NCBI GenBank assembly: GCA_035496995.1
Contig: DATJEE010000251.1
Span: forward strand, 1 to 60,118
From: Solirubrobacteraceae bacterium
Lineage (GTDB): Bacteria; Actinomycetota; Thermoleophilia; Solirubrobacterales; Solirubrobacteraceae
Direction: 5' to 3'
DNA: 60,118 nucleotides
The notes under the pieces are model-generated. The model did not search any database. It saw nothing but the letters and a program-made list of their open reading frames with translations, and had not been told where the DNA came from. Made by a program: the position numbers and the translations under genes. Below are positions 26,375 to 36,141 of the stretch, in pieces. Each line of letters opens with the position of its first letter. The first letter of the stretch is position 1.

Positions 26375-27430
26375 TTGGGCGCGAAGTCGTGCCGACTCTG
26401 TGAACCTGCGCAACCTGTGCTCCGCGCGCTCGTCGTCACGAACATGTACCCCTCCCCCGCGCGGCCCGCGCTCGGCAGCTTCGTGCGCGACCAGGTGCGC
26501 GCCCTGCAGCGCATCGAGGGCCTGCACGTCCAGGTGCACGCCTTCGCCCCCGGCGGCGCGCGCAGCTACCTGCGCGCCGGGCGCGAGCTGCGCCGCCGCT
26601 TCGGCGGCGAGCGCTTCGACGTCGTCCACGCGCACTTCGGCCTCACCGCCTGGCCCGCGCTCGCCGTCGGTGCGCGCCACCGGCTCGTGACGCTCCACGG
26701 CAACGACCTCCATCACCCGCGCTCGCGGAGGATCACGAGCGCGGTGCTCGGCCGGATGGATCTCGTCGCGACGCCGACGGCCGAGTTCGCGGCGAGCGTT
26801 CCCGGCGCCGGGCGCGGCCGCACCGTCGCGCTGCTGCCCTGCGGGATCGACGTCGAGCGCTTCCGGCCGCTGGACCGCCGCGCGGCCCGCGAGCGCCTCG
26901 GCCTGGACCCCGCCGGGCGCTACCTCCTCTTCCCCTACGACCCCGCCCGCAAGGTCAAGCGCGTCGACCGCGCGCGCGCGCTCGCCGGCGACGACGCCGA
27001 GCTGCTGACGCTCGGCAGCGCCGCCCCCGAGGACGTCCCGTACTGGATCAACGCCGCCAACGCCGTCGTCTGCCCGTCGGAGTGGGAGACGTTCGGGCTG
27101 GCCTGCCTCGAGGCGCTCGCCTGCGACGTCCCGGTTCTCGCGCGGCCGACGGGCGCGCACACCGAGGCGCTCGCCGGGATCGCCGGCGCGCACTGCGGCG
27201 AATGGGACCTCCCGGCCTGGCGCGCCGCGCTCGCGCCCCACCTGCAGAGCGCCGATCCGCGCATCGCCGGGCGCCCGCGGGCGCTGGCCTATTCGGCCGA
27301 CGCGATGGCCGCGCGCGTGGCCGCCGCATGGCGCTGGCTTGATTCTGGCGGTCCGCCGCCGCCGCTATACTCTCCCGCCGGGGCGCCTACCAACCCGACG
27401 CCAGGCGCCCCGTCCTCATGTCCGGACTGA
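26375..27430 (+). CDS. GT4-family (GT-B fold) glycosyltransferase
   Basis: N-terminal VVTNMYPSP...FVRDQVRAL...DVVHAHF and C-terminal EWETFGLACLEALACDVPVLA (E-x7-E-type motif). The start is either ATG 26375 or GTG 26417. Confidence 0.8.
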   Translation: MGAKSCRLCEPAQPVLRALVVTNMYPSPARPALGSFVRDQVRALQRIEGLHVQVHAFAPGGARSYLRAGRELRRRFGGERFDVVHAHFGLTAWPALAVGARHRLVTLHGNDLHHPRSRRITSAVLGRMDLVATPTAEFAASVPGAGRGRTVALLPCGIDVERFRPLDRRAARERLGLDPAGRYLLFPYDPARKVKRVDRARALAGDDAELLTLGSAAPEDVPYWINAANAVVCPSEWETFGLACLEALACDVPVLARPTGAHTEALAGIAGAHCGEWDLPAWRAALAPHLQSADPRIAGRPRALAYSADAMAARVAAAWRWLDSGGPPPPLYSPAGAPTNPTPGAPSSCPD

Positions 27431-28074
27431 TGCAGCGCATCTTCCGCCGCAGCCCCTCCGACGCCCCGCGCCCGGAGCGCTCCGGCCTCTTTCGCCGCCG
27501 CAAGAGCGGCAAGGTTGCGTGGGGCAAGAAGGCCGCCGCAATCGAGCCGCTGCCGCCGACGGCCGAGCCGCAGACCGCCGTCGCCGTCCCGCCGACGCCC
27601 GCGAAGGCGAGCTTCCGCGACCGCGGCAGGCTGCGCCGGCGCCTGCGCTTCCTGCGCCGCGCCCGCGAGCTCGCCTACCGCGACATCGGCGGCCTGATCT
27701 TCGACATGCGCCGCTTCAGCCGCAGCCGCCAGGACCTGCTCGACGCGAAGCTCGGCGCGCTGGCCGCGGTCGACCAGGAGCTGCGCGCGCTCGAGCGCGC
27801 GCTCGACGACCGCCGGGCGATCCACGAGCTGCGCGAGCCCGGCATCTCCTCCTGCGCCCGCTGCGGCGCGCTGCACGACAGCGAGGCGAACTTCTGCCCG
27901 CACTGCGGGCTGCAGCTCGGTGGCGCGCGACCGATGGGCGAGGTCGGCGGCGCGATCGCCGCGCCGCCGCAGGCGCCGCCCCCGGCGGCCACGACGACGC
28001 AGCAGCCGCGGCCGGCCCCGTCGCAGCAGCCGACGCAGAGCTTCCGGCCGCCCGACGTGCCCGACGGCTCCTAG
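27418..28074 (+). CDS. zinc-ribbon protein with coiled-coil region, unknown function
   Basis: CARCGALHDSEANFCPHCG (CxxC-N10-CxxC), preceded by a helical RR-rich segment and followed by a P/Q-rich tail. Confidence 0.6.
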   Translation: MSGLMQRIFRRSPSDAPRPERSGLFRRRKSGKVAWGKKAAAIEPLPPTAEPQTAVAVPPTPAKASFRDRGRLRRRLRFLRRARELAYRDIGGLIFDMRRFSRSRQDLLDAKLGALAAVDQELRALERALDDRRAIHELREPGISSCARCGALHDSEANFCPHCGLQLGGARPMGEVGGAIAAPPQAPPPAATTTQQPRPAPSQQPTQSFRPPDVPDGS

Positions 28075-28080
28075 CCGCTC

Positions 28081-28572
28081 GTGAGCGCCCAGCCGCCCGC
28101 ACCGGGCCCGCCGCAGATCCCGGATCCCAACGCGATCCACTGCCCGCGCTGCGCGACGCCGATCGGCCCCGAGCAGGACTGGTGCCTGGAGTGCGGCGCC
28201 CCCGCGCGCACGCGCCTGGCGCAGACGCCCAACTGGCGCCTGCCGACCGTCGCGATCGGCGCGGTCGTGCTGCTCGCCGGCGCCCTGCTCGCGTTCGCCT
28301 TCGTCAAGCTCACGAACGACAACGGCGCGCCGGCGGGCACGACGCCGACCGCCACCGTCGCGACGACCCCTGTCGTCCCGGTCGTGCCGCCCGCGCCGGC
28401 GGTCGTGCCGACCGCTACGACGACGGCGCCCGTCGGCCCGGCGGTGCCGAGCACCGTCCCCGGTCAGGCGCCTCCCGTCACGGTCCAGACCACGACACTG
28501 CCCGCGCCGGCGACGACCACGGGCGGCCAGAAGACCGTCCCGGCGTTCGGGCAGACCACGACGACGCCGTAG
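28081..28572 (+). CDS. zinc-ribbon membrane protein with Thr/Pro/Val-rich extracellular tail
   Basis: GTG start. CPRCATPIGPEQDWCLECG, then the TM helix LPTVAIGAVVLLAGALLAFAFV, then a T/P/V-rich low-complexity region. Confidence 0.6.
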   Translation: MSAQPPAPGPPQIPDPNAIHCPRCATPIGPEQDWCLECGAPARTRLAQTPNWRLPTVAIGAVVLLAGALLAFAFVKLTNDNGAPAGTTPTATVATTPVVPVVPPAPAVVPTATTTAPVGPAVPSTVPGQAPPVTVQTTTLPAPATTTGGQKTVPAFGQTTTTP

Positions 28573-28654
28573 CGTCGGCCGTCGCACCGGTCAGCCGGCT
28601 GGGCTCGACGCGCTCACGACATCGGTGAGACGGGGTGTTTGCGCCCGCGGGCGC

Positions 28655-28815
28655 TCCTTTCCGGAGGGGGTTTGTCGGATTGCGTCCCAATACGGGACGC
28701 GAGACACCAAACCCCTACCGGAAGGGGGACGCACCCGCTCCGGCCTTGCCGGCGACCTCTCGACACCCGTATCGATGCGGGAAGCGCCGAGCCCGCGTGC
28801 GCCAACCGAGCCGCC
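28655..28815 (+). repeat. structured intergenic element, copy A (candidate sRNA or REP-like repeat)
   Basis: Shares with copy B the exact 19-mer GCGTCCCAATACGGGACGC (a 7-bp hairpin, 28682-28700), flanking CAAACCCC, and the 19-mer TATCGATGCGGGAAGCGCC (28770-28788, 1 mismatch). It lies between convergent genes. Confidence 0.6.
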
Positions 28816-28830
28816 TCCCGCAACGTCCGC

Positions 28831-29865
28831 TCAGGCCGGCGCCGCGAGCGCCGGCCAGTGGCCCGCGGCCAGGTGCTCGCGCGCGCGCCGCGTGAGCGGG
28901 TGCAGCGCGACGTCGGGCGCCGGCGGCGGCTCCGCGGCGCCCGCGACCTCGAGCGTCGCGACGACGCAGCGCGCCAGCGCCCCGAGGTCGTAGCCGCCCT
29001 CCAGCACGATCCCGAGCGGGATCCCGAGCCCGTCGGCGACCGCCCGGACCGACGCCGCCATCGCGACGTAGCCGGCGTCGGTGACGACGCAGCCGGCGAG
29101 CGGGTCGTCGGCGTGGGCGTCGTAGCCCGCCGAGACGAGCAGGAGGTCGGGCGCGTAGGCGCGCGCGATCGGCGCGACGACGTGCTCGAGGTGCGAGACG
29201 AAGACCGCGTCGCCGGAGCCGCCCGGCACCGGCAGGTTGACGCTGAGCCCCGCGCCCGCGCCGCGGCCGACGTCCGACGCCGCCCCGGTCCCCGGGTACA
29301 GCGGCCACTGGTGGATCGAGCAGAACAGGACGTCGTCACGCTCGTGGAAGATCGCATTCGTCCCGTTGCCGTGGTGGACGTCCCAGTCGACGATCATCAC
29401 GCGCCGGGCACCGTGCGCGTCGAGCGCGTGCTGGGCGCCGATCGCGACGTTGTCGAAGAGGCAGAAGCCCATCGCCCGGTCGGTCTCGGCGTGGTGGCCG
29501 GGCGGGCGGTGCAGCGACGCCGCGGCGGGCGCGCCCTCGGCGCCGAGCAGCGCGTCGACCATCGCGATGGCGCCACCGGCGGCATGCAGCGCCGCCTCGA
29601 AGGACCCGGGACTCACGATCGTGTCCATGTCGATCATCCCGCCGCCGCGCCGGCACAGCGTCTCGATGCGGTCGACGTGCGCGGCCGGGTGGATCGCCTC
29701 GATGCTCGCGCGCGAGGCTGCCGGCGACAGGCGCGCGTCCCAGCCGAGCCAGTCGCGCGCCTCCAGCGCCCGCTCGATCGCGACGATCCGGCCTGCGTTC
29801 TCGGGGTGCGGGCCGGTGTCGTGCTCGAGCGACGAGGGGTGGCGTAGGAGGACCGGAGCGGCCAT
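28831..29865 (-). CDS. histone deacetylase-family (HDAC/AcuC-like) zinc amidohydrolase
   Basis: Motifs RPPGHHA, GFCLFDNVA, DWDVHHGNGT, SAGYDAH and EGGY. Confidence 0.9.
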   Translation of the reverse strand: MAAPVLLRHPSSLEHDTGPHPENAGRIVAIERALEARDWLGWDARLSPAASRASIEAIHPAAHVDRIETLCRRGGGMIDMDTIVSPGSFEAALHAAGGAIAMVDALLGAEGAPAAASLHRPPGHHAETDRAMGFCLFDNVAIGAQHALDAHGARRVMIVDWDVHHGNGTNAIFHERDDVLFCSIHQWPLYPGTGAASDVGRGAGAGLSVNLPVPGGSGDAVFVSHLEHVVAPIARAYAPDLLLVSAGYDAHADDPLAGCVVTDAGYVAMAASVRAVADGLGIPLGIVLEGGYDLGALARCVVATLEVAGAAEPPPAPDVALHPLTRRAREHLAAGHWPALAAPA

Positions 29866-29885
29866 CTGGATACGGTACCCCGAGC

Positions 29886-31343
29886 GTGCCCGGGGAACCG
29901 ATGCTCAGCTGCGAGATCGCTGTCGTCGGGGCCGGCGGGGCCGGGCTCTACGCCGCCCTCACCGCCGCCGCCGCCGGCGCGTCCGTCGTGCTCGTCTCCG
30001 CGACCCCGCTGGCGCAGACGGCGAGCTACTGGGCGCAGGGCGGGATCGCCGCCGCGCTCGCGGTCGAGGACTCGACCGAGCGCCACCTCGCCGACACCGA
30101 GGCCGCCGGGCGCGGCCTCGTCCGCCGCTCGGCCGCCCAGGTGCTCGTCAACGAGGCGCCCGACCGCGTCCACGACCTCGAGCGCCTCGGCGTCCGCTTC
30201 GACGCCGACCGCCGCGGCGTCCTCGCGCTCGGGCTCGAGGGCGGCCACTCGCTGCGCCGCGTCGTGCACGCCGGCGGGAGCGCCACGGGGCGGCGGATCG
30301 TGCGCCAGCTCTCGGCCCTGGCGGTCGACGAGCGCCGCATCCTCGTCCTCGAGGGCGCACGCGCCGCCAGCGCCTGGATGCACGACGGCCGCTGCGTGGG
30401 CGTCGTCCTCGACGACGGCGGCGCCGTCCGGGCCCGCGCGACGATCCTCGCGACCGGCGGCGCGGCCGCGCTCTGGGCGCGCACGACGAACCCGCCGGGC
30501 TCGCTCGGCATCGGCATGTCGCTCGCACACGCCGCGGGCGCCGATCTCGCCGACCTCGAGTTCCTCCAGTTTCACCCGACGGCCGTCATCGGCGTCCCCG
30601 GGCGCGAGGGCTTCCTCGTCACCGAGGCGATCCGCGGCGAGGGCGCGACGCTCCACGGCCCCGACGGCGAGCGCTTCGTCGAGGAGCTGGCGCCGCGCGA
30701 CGAGGTCGCGCGGGCGACCGCGGCGCTCATGGAGCAGACCGGCGCGACGTCGGTCGGCCTCGACATGCGGATGGTCGATCCGGCGCGCTTCCCGAACGTC
30801 GTCTCCGCGCTGCGCGACGCCGGCGTGGACCCGACGCAGGAGCTGATCCCCGTCGCGCCGGCCTCGCACTACATGATGGGCGGGATCGTCAGCGACCTGC
30901 ACGGGCGCAGCTCGGTCCCGGGGCTGTATGCGATCGGCGAGACCGCCTGCACGGGGCTGCACGGCGCCAACCGCCTGGCCTCCAACTCGCTCAGCGAGTG
31001 CTTCGTCTTCGGTGCCCGCGCCGCCGCGGCCGGGCTCGAGGAGCCCGAGCCGCCGGCCGATGCCGGGTCGCAGCCGCCCGCGGCGTCGCTCTCGCGTCCG
31101 TCCCGCGCGACGCAGGAGGCGCTCTGGCGCGATGCCGGGATCGTCCGCACGCGCGAGGGTCTCGAGCGCCTCCTCGACGACCCCCACCCGCTCGCCCGGC
31201 TCATCGCGGCCGGCGCGCTGCGTCGCGAGGAGAGCCGCGGCGCCCACCAGCGCGCCGATTTCCCCGAGCTCGATCCGGCGCTCGACCACCGCCATGCCGT
31301 CATCGGGCCTGATGAACGGCCACGTTTGGCGCATTGGCGCTAG
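29886..31343 (+). CDS. nadB: L-aspartate oxidase
   Basis: VVGAGGAGLYAAL, WAQGGIAAAL, HPT...EA(I)RGEG and HGANRLASNSL. The start is GTG 29886 or ATG 29901. Confidence 0.9.
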   Translation: MPGEPMLSCEIAVVGAGGAGLYAALTAAAAGASVVLVSATPLAQTASYWAQGGIAAALAVEDSTERHLADTEAAGRGLVRRSAAQVLVNEAPDRVHDLERLGVRFDADRRGVLALGLEGGHSLRRVVHAGGSATGRRIVRQLSALAVDERRILVLEGARAASAWMHDGRCVGVVLDDGGAVRARATILATGGAAALWARTTNPPGSLGIGMSLAHAAGADLADLEFLQFHPTAVIGVPGREGFLVTEAIRGEGATLHGPDGERFVEELAPRDEVARATAALMEQTGATSVGLDMRMVDPARFPNVVSALRDAGVDPTQELIPVAPASHYMMGGIVSDLHGRSSVPGLYAIGETACTGLHGANRLASNSLSECFVFGARAAAAGLEEPEPPADAGSQPPAASLSRPSRATQEALWRDAGIVRTREGLERLLDDPHPLARLIAAGALRREESRGAHQRADFPELDPALDHRHAVIGPDERPRLAHWR

Positions 31344-31371
31344 TGATCACGACTGAACGGTCGCGCTTAAT

Positions 31372-31393
31372 ACGAACTCAACACTGAGTTCGT
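31372..31393 (+). terminator. AT-rich perfect hairpin ACGAACTCA-ACAC-TGAGTTCGT after nadB
   Basis: Read directly: a 9-bp stem and 4-nt loop, followed by TCTCGCTTTATG. It could be the nadB terminator or an operator for the next gene. Confidence 0.35.
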
Positions 31394-31458
31394 TCTCGCT
31401 TTATGCGACGGGGCCACACTCCGGGGCCCCGCAGCACGAGGAAAGGAGCTCCCCGGCC

Positions 31459-31881
31459 ATGTACCAGTTCAGCCGCGCCATCTATCGCGAGCTGTCACCG
31501 CACATCGACGGATCGCTAGCGCGGAACGGGCAGGCCGAGGTGTTGCACGCGTGCGAGGCGACGATCGAGCGGCTCGTGACCGATCGCCACTACTTCGCGC
31601 GCCCGGCGCGCACGCTCTTCACCGACATCCGCCTGTACTTCCCGATCTCCGAGCAGCAGCGCGTGTGGCAGATCGTGTCGGTCTACATCGCCGCCGCGCA
31701 GGACTGGCTCGCCAAGCAGCCACAGCACGGCTTCGACGTCAATGGCAACCCGCTCGAGTGCCGCGCGACGACCCGCCGCGGGACCCCCTGCCAGCGCATG
31801 CCGCTCGCCCACAACGGCTACTGCCCGTCGCACCAGCACCTCGCCGAGACCGAGGAGCTCGAGGAGTCGCTCGCCGCGTAG
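31459..31881 (+). CDS. hypothetical protein with C-terminal Cys/His zinc-knuckle-like motif
   Basis: Strong RBS AGGAAAGGAG. C-terminal CRATTRRGTPCQRMPLAHNGYCPSHQH. Confidence 0.65.
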   Translation: MYQFSRAIYRELSPHIDGSLARNGQAEVLHACEATIERLVTDRHYFARPARTLFTDIRLYFPISEQQRVWQIVSVYIAAAQDWLAKQPQHGFDVNGNPLECRATTRRGTPCQRMPLAHNGYCPSHQHLAETEELEESLAA

Positions 31882-31934
31882 CGCGGTTCGAACCCTGGCG
31901 GGCGGCGCGCGCGCCCGCCGTTAGCCTTGGCCGG

Positions 31935-32486
31935 GTGGCCCCGCTCGCGTTCCCGGACCCGCCCCTGACCGACGGCGTCATCGCGCTGCGGCCGTTCACG
32001 GAGGCCGACAACCGGGCGCACGTCGCGATCTGCCAGGACCCGGATATCGCGCGCTTCACGACCGTGCCGAGCCCGTACGGGGAGGCCGACGCGCGCGCCT
32101 ACCTGCAGCGCGTGACGGACGGCCTCGCCGCGGGAACCCTGGTCGCGCTCGCGGTGGTCGACGCCGCCGACCCCAGCATCCTGCTCGGTTCGGTCGGGTT
32201 GCACGCGATCAGCCCCGAGCTGGGGGCTGCGGAGGTCGGCTACCTGATCGCCGCGCCGGCGCGCGGCCGCGGCTACGCGACGCGCGCGGTGACGCTCATC
32301 GTCGCGTGGGCCTTCGGGACGCTCGGCCTGGAGCGCATCGAGCTGCGGGCGATGGAGGAGAACGCCGCCTCGCGGGGCGTCGCCGCGCGGGCGGGCTTCC
32401 ACCGGGTCGACGCCCCGTTCCTGGCCCGGCCCGAGTGCGACCACCTGCCCGACGTCTTCTTCGCGCGGCTGCGCGAAGACGACTAG
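31935..32486 (+). CDS. GNAT-family N-acetyltransferase (RimJ/RimL-like)
   Basis: LRPFTEADNRAH..., acetyl-CoA loop ARGRGYATRAV, and LERIELRAMEENAASRGVAARAGF. Confidence 0.8.
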   Translation: MAPLAFPDPPLTDGVIALRPFTEADNRAHVAICQDPDIARFTTVPSPYGEADARAYLQRVTDGLAAGTLVALAVVDAADPSILLGSVGLHAISPELGAAEVGYLIAAPARGRGYATRAVTLIVAWAFGTLGLERIELRAMEENAASRGVAARAGFHRVDAPFLARPECDHLPDVFFARLREDD

Positions 32487-32493
32487 GCCCGGC

Positions 32494-35400
32494 GTGCTGC
32501 TCGGCGTCGACGTCGGCGGGACCTTCACCGACGCGGTGCTCGCGACCGGCGGGCGGCTCGTCACGGCGAAGGCGCCGACGACCCCCGGCGACCAGTCCGC
32601 CGGCGTCCTGGCGGCCGTCACGGCGGCGCTCGAGCGCGCGGGCGCGACCGCCGGCGACGTCGGGAGCTTCGCCCACGGCATGACCGTCGCGACGAACGCG
32701 CTGCTCGAGGGCCGCGGCGCGCGCACGGTCCTCGTCGCGACCGCGGGCTTCACAGACGTCGTCGAGCTCGGCCGCCAGGCGCGCGCCGACCTCTACCGCC
32801 TCTGCGCCGCGCGGCCCGCCCCGCTCGTGCCGCCGGAGCGCCGCGTCCCGGCGCCGGAGCGAACAGGACCTGAAGGCGTCCTGCGCGAGCTCGCCGACCC
32901 CGGGGCGCTCGCGGCCGCCGTCGCCGAGCACGAGCCGGAGGCCGTCGCGGTCGTGCTCCTGCACGCCTACGCGCACCCCGGCCACGAGCGCGCGATCGGC
33001 GCCGCGCTCGCCGCGGCGCTGCCCGACGTCCACGTCTCGCACTCGCACGAGGTCGTCGGGACGTTCCGCGAGTACGAGCGCGCCGCGACGACGGAGGTCG
33101 ACGCCGCGCTGTCGCCGCTGCTGGCCGGCTACCTGCGGCGGCTGCTCGCCCGTGCCGCGGACGCCGGCCTGCCCGAGCCGCGGATCATGCAGTCCAGCGG
33201 CGGCCTCGCGGCCGCATCGCTCGCGGCGCGCCACGCGGCCTTCGCCGTCCTCTCGGGCCCCGCCGGGGGCGCCGCCGCCGCTGCGCTCGTCGCGCGCCGC
33301 AGCGACCGCCCGGACCTCGTCTGCTTCGACATGGGCGGCACCTCCTGCGACGTCTGCGTCGTCGAGCACGGCGTCGTGCGCGAGACGGCGGGCCGCGAGG
33401 TCGGTGGGCGCCCGCTCGCGCTGCCGATGGTCGACATCCACACCGTCGGCGCCGGCGGCGGCTCGGTCGCCTGGCGCGACCCCGGCGGCGCGCTGCGCGT
33501 CGGCCCGCGCAGCGCGGGCGCCGAGCCCGGGCCCGCGTGCTACGGCCGCGGCGGCGAGGAACCGACGGTGACGGACGCCAACCTCGTGCTCGGGCGCCTC
33601 GACGCGGGCGGGGCGCTCGCCGGCGGCGTGCGGCTGCACCGCGGCGCGGCGAAGCGGGCGGTCGGCGCGCTCGCCGCCGATCTGGGCCTCGATCCGCTCG
33701 CGTGCGCCGAGGGCATCGTCCGCGTCGCGAACGCCGAGATGGTGCGCGCGCTGCGCGTCATGACCGTCGAGCAGGGCATCGACCCGCGGCGCTTCGCGCT
33801 GCTGGCCTTCGGCGGCGCCGGCCCGCTGCACGCCGCGGCGATCGCCGCCGAGCTCGGGATGACGACGATCCTCTGCCCGCGCGCCTCCGGCGTGCTGAGC
33901 GCGCTCGGCCTCGCGGCCGCCGACCGCCGCGCGACCGAGCAGCGCACGGTCCTGCTCGCCGGCGCGGCGCTGACCGACGCCGCGCTCGCCGCCGCCCGCG
34001 AGGAGCTCGCGGCCGGTGCCCGCGCGACGCTCGGCGCCGGCGACGCGCGCGTCGAGGTCGCCCACGACGTCCGCTACCGCGGCCAGGCGCACGAGCTCAC
34101 CGTCCGCGACCTGCCCGGCGCCGATCTGCGCACGCTGCGCGAGGCCTTCGAGGCGCTGCACGAGGAGCGCTACGGCTACCGCGACGCCGATGCCCCGATC
34201 GAGGTCGTGACGATCCGGGCCAGCGCGAGCGTCCCCGGGCCGGACCTCGACCTCGCGGCGCGCGACGGCGCCGCCGCCTGCGAGCGCAGCCGCCGCGAGG
34301 TCGTCTTCGACGGCGCGCCGTGCGACGCCGAGATCCTGCGCGGCGAGCCGGCGCCGGGCGAATCGGTCGACGGCCCCGCGATCTGCGAGCTGCCCGAGGC
34401 GACGCTCGCGATCCCGCCCGGCTGGACCGGGACCGTCGACGAGGCGGGCACGATCGTGCTGGAAAGGAAGGCATTGTCGAGCGGCCGGACGCCCGCCTCC
34501 CTGCGGTCGCGCTCCGTCACCACGACGCGGGCCGGACGCCCCGCGGAGATGACCGGTCTGGACCCGATCGACCTGCAGGTCGTCAGCGGTGGCCTGCGCG
34601 CCGCCTGCGAGGAGATGGGCGCGACGCTCATCCGCAGCGCGCACTCGGCGAACATCAAGGAGCGCCGCGACTGCTCGACGGCGCTCTTCGACCCCGCCGG
34701 CGAGATGGTCATGCAGGCCGAGCACATCCCCGTCCACCTCGGGGCGATGCCGGCCGCCGTCGCCGCCGTGCTCGGCGAGGACCACGCCGCCGGCCGCCCG
34801 TGGATCCTCAACGACCCCTACCGCGGCGGCACGCACCTCCCCGACATCACCGTCATCACGCCGGTCCTGCACGCGGGCGGCGAGCTGCTCGGGTTCGCCG
34901 CCAGCCGCGCCCACCACGCCGACGTCGGCGGCCGCGTCCCGGGCTCGATGCCCGCCGACTCGACGACGCTCGCCGAGGAGGGCGTCGTCATCGCGCCGCG
35001 CGTCCTCGACGACGCGGCGATCGACGAGCTCGTGGCGCAGATGCGCCAGCCCGAGCAGCGCCGCGCCGACCTGCGCGCCCAGGTCGCCGCCAACCGCGTC
35101 GGCGCGCGGCGGCTCACGGAGCTCGCCGAGCGCCTTGGCGTCGACGCGCTGCGCGAGGCGACCGCCGCCGTGCTCGACTACGCCGAGCGCCGCACGCGCG
35201 CCTGCCTCGCCGCGCTGCCCGACGGCCCGCGCGCGGCCCGCGACGTCCTCGAGGCGATCGGCGGCGACATCGAACTGCACCTGAACGCGACGGTCGACGG
35301 CGACCGGCTGATCCTCGACTTCGCCGGCAGCGCCGGCCAGGACCCCGGCAACCTCAACTGCCCGCTCGCCGTCACGCGCTCGGCGGCGTACTTCGCCGTG

Positions 35401-36141
35401 CGCGTCCTGACGGACCCCGACGTCCCGCCGAGCGCCGGCGCCTACCGGCCGATCGACGTCCGCGCGCCGGAGGGATCGCTGCTGAACGCGCGCCCCCCGG
35501 CCGCGGTCGCGGGCGGCAACGTCGAGACCTCCAGCCGCGTCGCCGACCTCGTCCTCGCCGCCTTCGGCCGCGCGCTCGGGCAGGGGACGATGAACAACCT
35601 CACGCTCGGAACCGAACCGACAGGGGAACCCGCCTTCGGGGGCGCCGCGGGCACCGGGCGCCCGGGCGCCGATGGGGCCGCCTCCGGCACCCCTGGGTTC
35701 ACGTACTACGAGACGCTCGGCGGCGGCCAGGGCGCCTGCCCGGATGCCGACGGCCCGAGCGGCGTGCACGTCGCGATGTCCAACACGCTCAACACGCCCG
35801 TCGAGGCGCTCGAGCTCGAGTTTCCCCTGCGTGTGACCCGGTATGCGATCCGCCGTGGCTCGGGCGGCGACGGCGCGCGGCGCGGCGGCGACGGCGTCGT
35901 CCGCGAGCTCGAGGCGCTCGCGCCGATGGCCTACTCGCTCATCACCGAGCGCCGGCGCCACGCCCCGCCAGGCGCGGACGGCGGCGAGCCCGGGGCGAAG
36001 GGCCGCAACCTCCTCAACGGCGAGGAGCTGCCCGCGAAGGCGACCGGCGAGCTGCAGCCCGGCGACCGCCTCGCGCTCGAGACGCCCGGCGGCGGAGGCG
36101 ATGGCACGCCGCCCGGAGGCGGCCGATCGCGCTACTCGTAG
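32494..36141 (+). CDS. fused hydantoinase/oxoprolinase A and B domains (5-oxoprolinase-like, 1215 aa)
   Basis: N-terminal HyuA-type [15 protein letters not shown]. From about 34549 there is a HyuB-type N-terminus, [43 protein letters not shown]. No in-frame stop separates the two parts. Confidence 0.85.
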   Translation: MLLGVDVGGTFTDAVLATGGRLVTAKAPTTPGDQSAGVLAAVTAALERAGATAGDVGSFAHGMTVATNALLEGRGARTVLVATAGFTDVVELGRQARADLYRLCAARPAPLVPPERRVPAPERTGPEGVLRELADPGALAAAVAEHEPEAVAVVLLHAYAHPGHERAIGAALAAALPDVHVSHSHEVVGTFREYERAATTEVDAALSPLLAGYLRRLLARAADAGLPEPRIMQSSGGLAAASLAARHAAFAVLSGPAGGAAAAALVARRSDRPDLVCFDMGGTSCDVCVVEHGVVRETAGREVGGRPLALPMVDIHTVGAGGGSVAWRDPGGALRVGPRSAGAEPGPACYGRGGEEPTVTDANLVLGRLDAGGALAGGVRLHRGAAKRAVGALAADLGLDPLACAEGIVRVANAEMVRALRVMTVEQGIDPRRFALLAFGGAGPLHAAAIAAELGMTTILCPRASGVLSALGLAAADRRATEQRTVLLAGAALTDAALAAAREELAAGARATLGAGDARVEVAHDVRYRGQAHELTVRDLPGADLRTLREAFEALHEERYGYRDADAPIEVVTIRASASVPGPDLDLAARDGAAACERSRREVVFDGAPCDAEILRGEPAPGESVDGPAICELPEATLAIPPGWTGTVDEAGTIVLERKALSSGRTPASLRSRSVTTTRAGRPAEMTGLDPIDLQVVSGGLRAACEEMGATLIRSAHSANIKERRDCSTALFDPAGEMVMQAEHIPVHLGAMPAAVAAVLGEDHAAGRPWILNDPYRGGTHLPDITVITPVLHAGGELLGFAASRAHHADVGGRVPGSMPADSTTLAEEGVVIAPRVLDDAAIDELVAQMRQPEQRRADLRAQVAANRVGARRLTELAERLGVDALREATAAVLDYAERRTRACLAALPDGPRAARDVLEAIGGDIELHLNATVDGDRLILDFAGSAGQDPGNLNCPLAVTRSAAYFAVRVLTDPDVPPSAGAYRPIDVRAPEGSLLNARPPAAVAGGNVETSSRVADLVLAAFGRALGQGTMNNLTLGTEPTGEPAFGGAAGTGRPGADGAASGTPGFTYYETLGGGQGACPDADGPSGVHVAMSNTLNTPVEALELEFPLRVTRYAIRRGSGGDGARRGGDGVVRELEALAPMAYSLITERRRHAPPGADGGEPGAKGRNLLNGEELPAKATGELQPGDRLALETPGGGGDGTPPGGGRSRYS

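Noticed and set aside
28635-28895. ORFs crossing the two repeat copies (28635-28895 + and 43748-44587 +) that share a peptide-like RPNTGR..PNP string, which might suggest a small conserved protein.
   Set aside because: The similarity follows the DNA, not a frame. A 23-nt indel between the conserved blocks shifts the frame, and the rest of each ORF is Arg/Pro-rich shadow sequence overlapping real minus-strand genes.
34470-34560. Splitting the 1215-aa oxoprolinase-like ORF into separate hyuA and hyuB genes.
   Set aside because: There is no in-frame stop between the two domains in the sequence as given, so a fusion is reported with a caveat about internal initiation or sequencing error.
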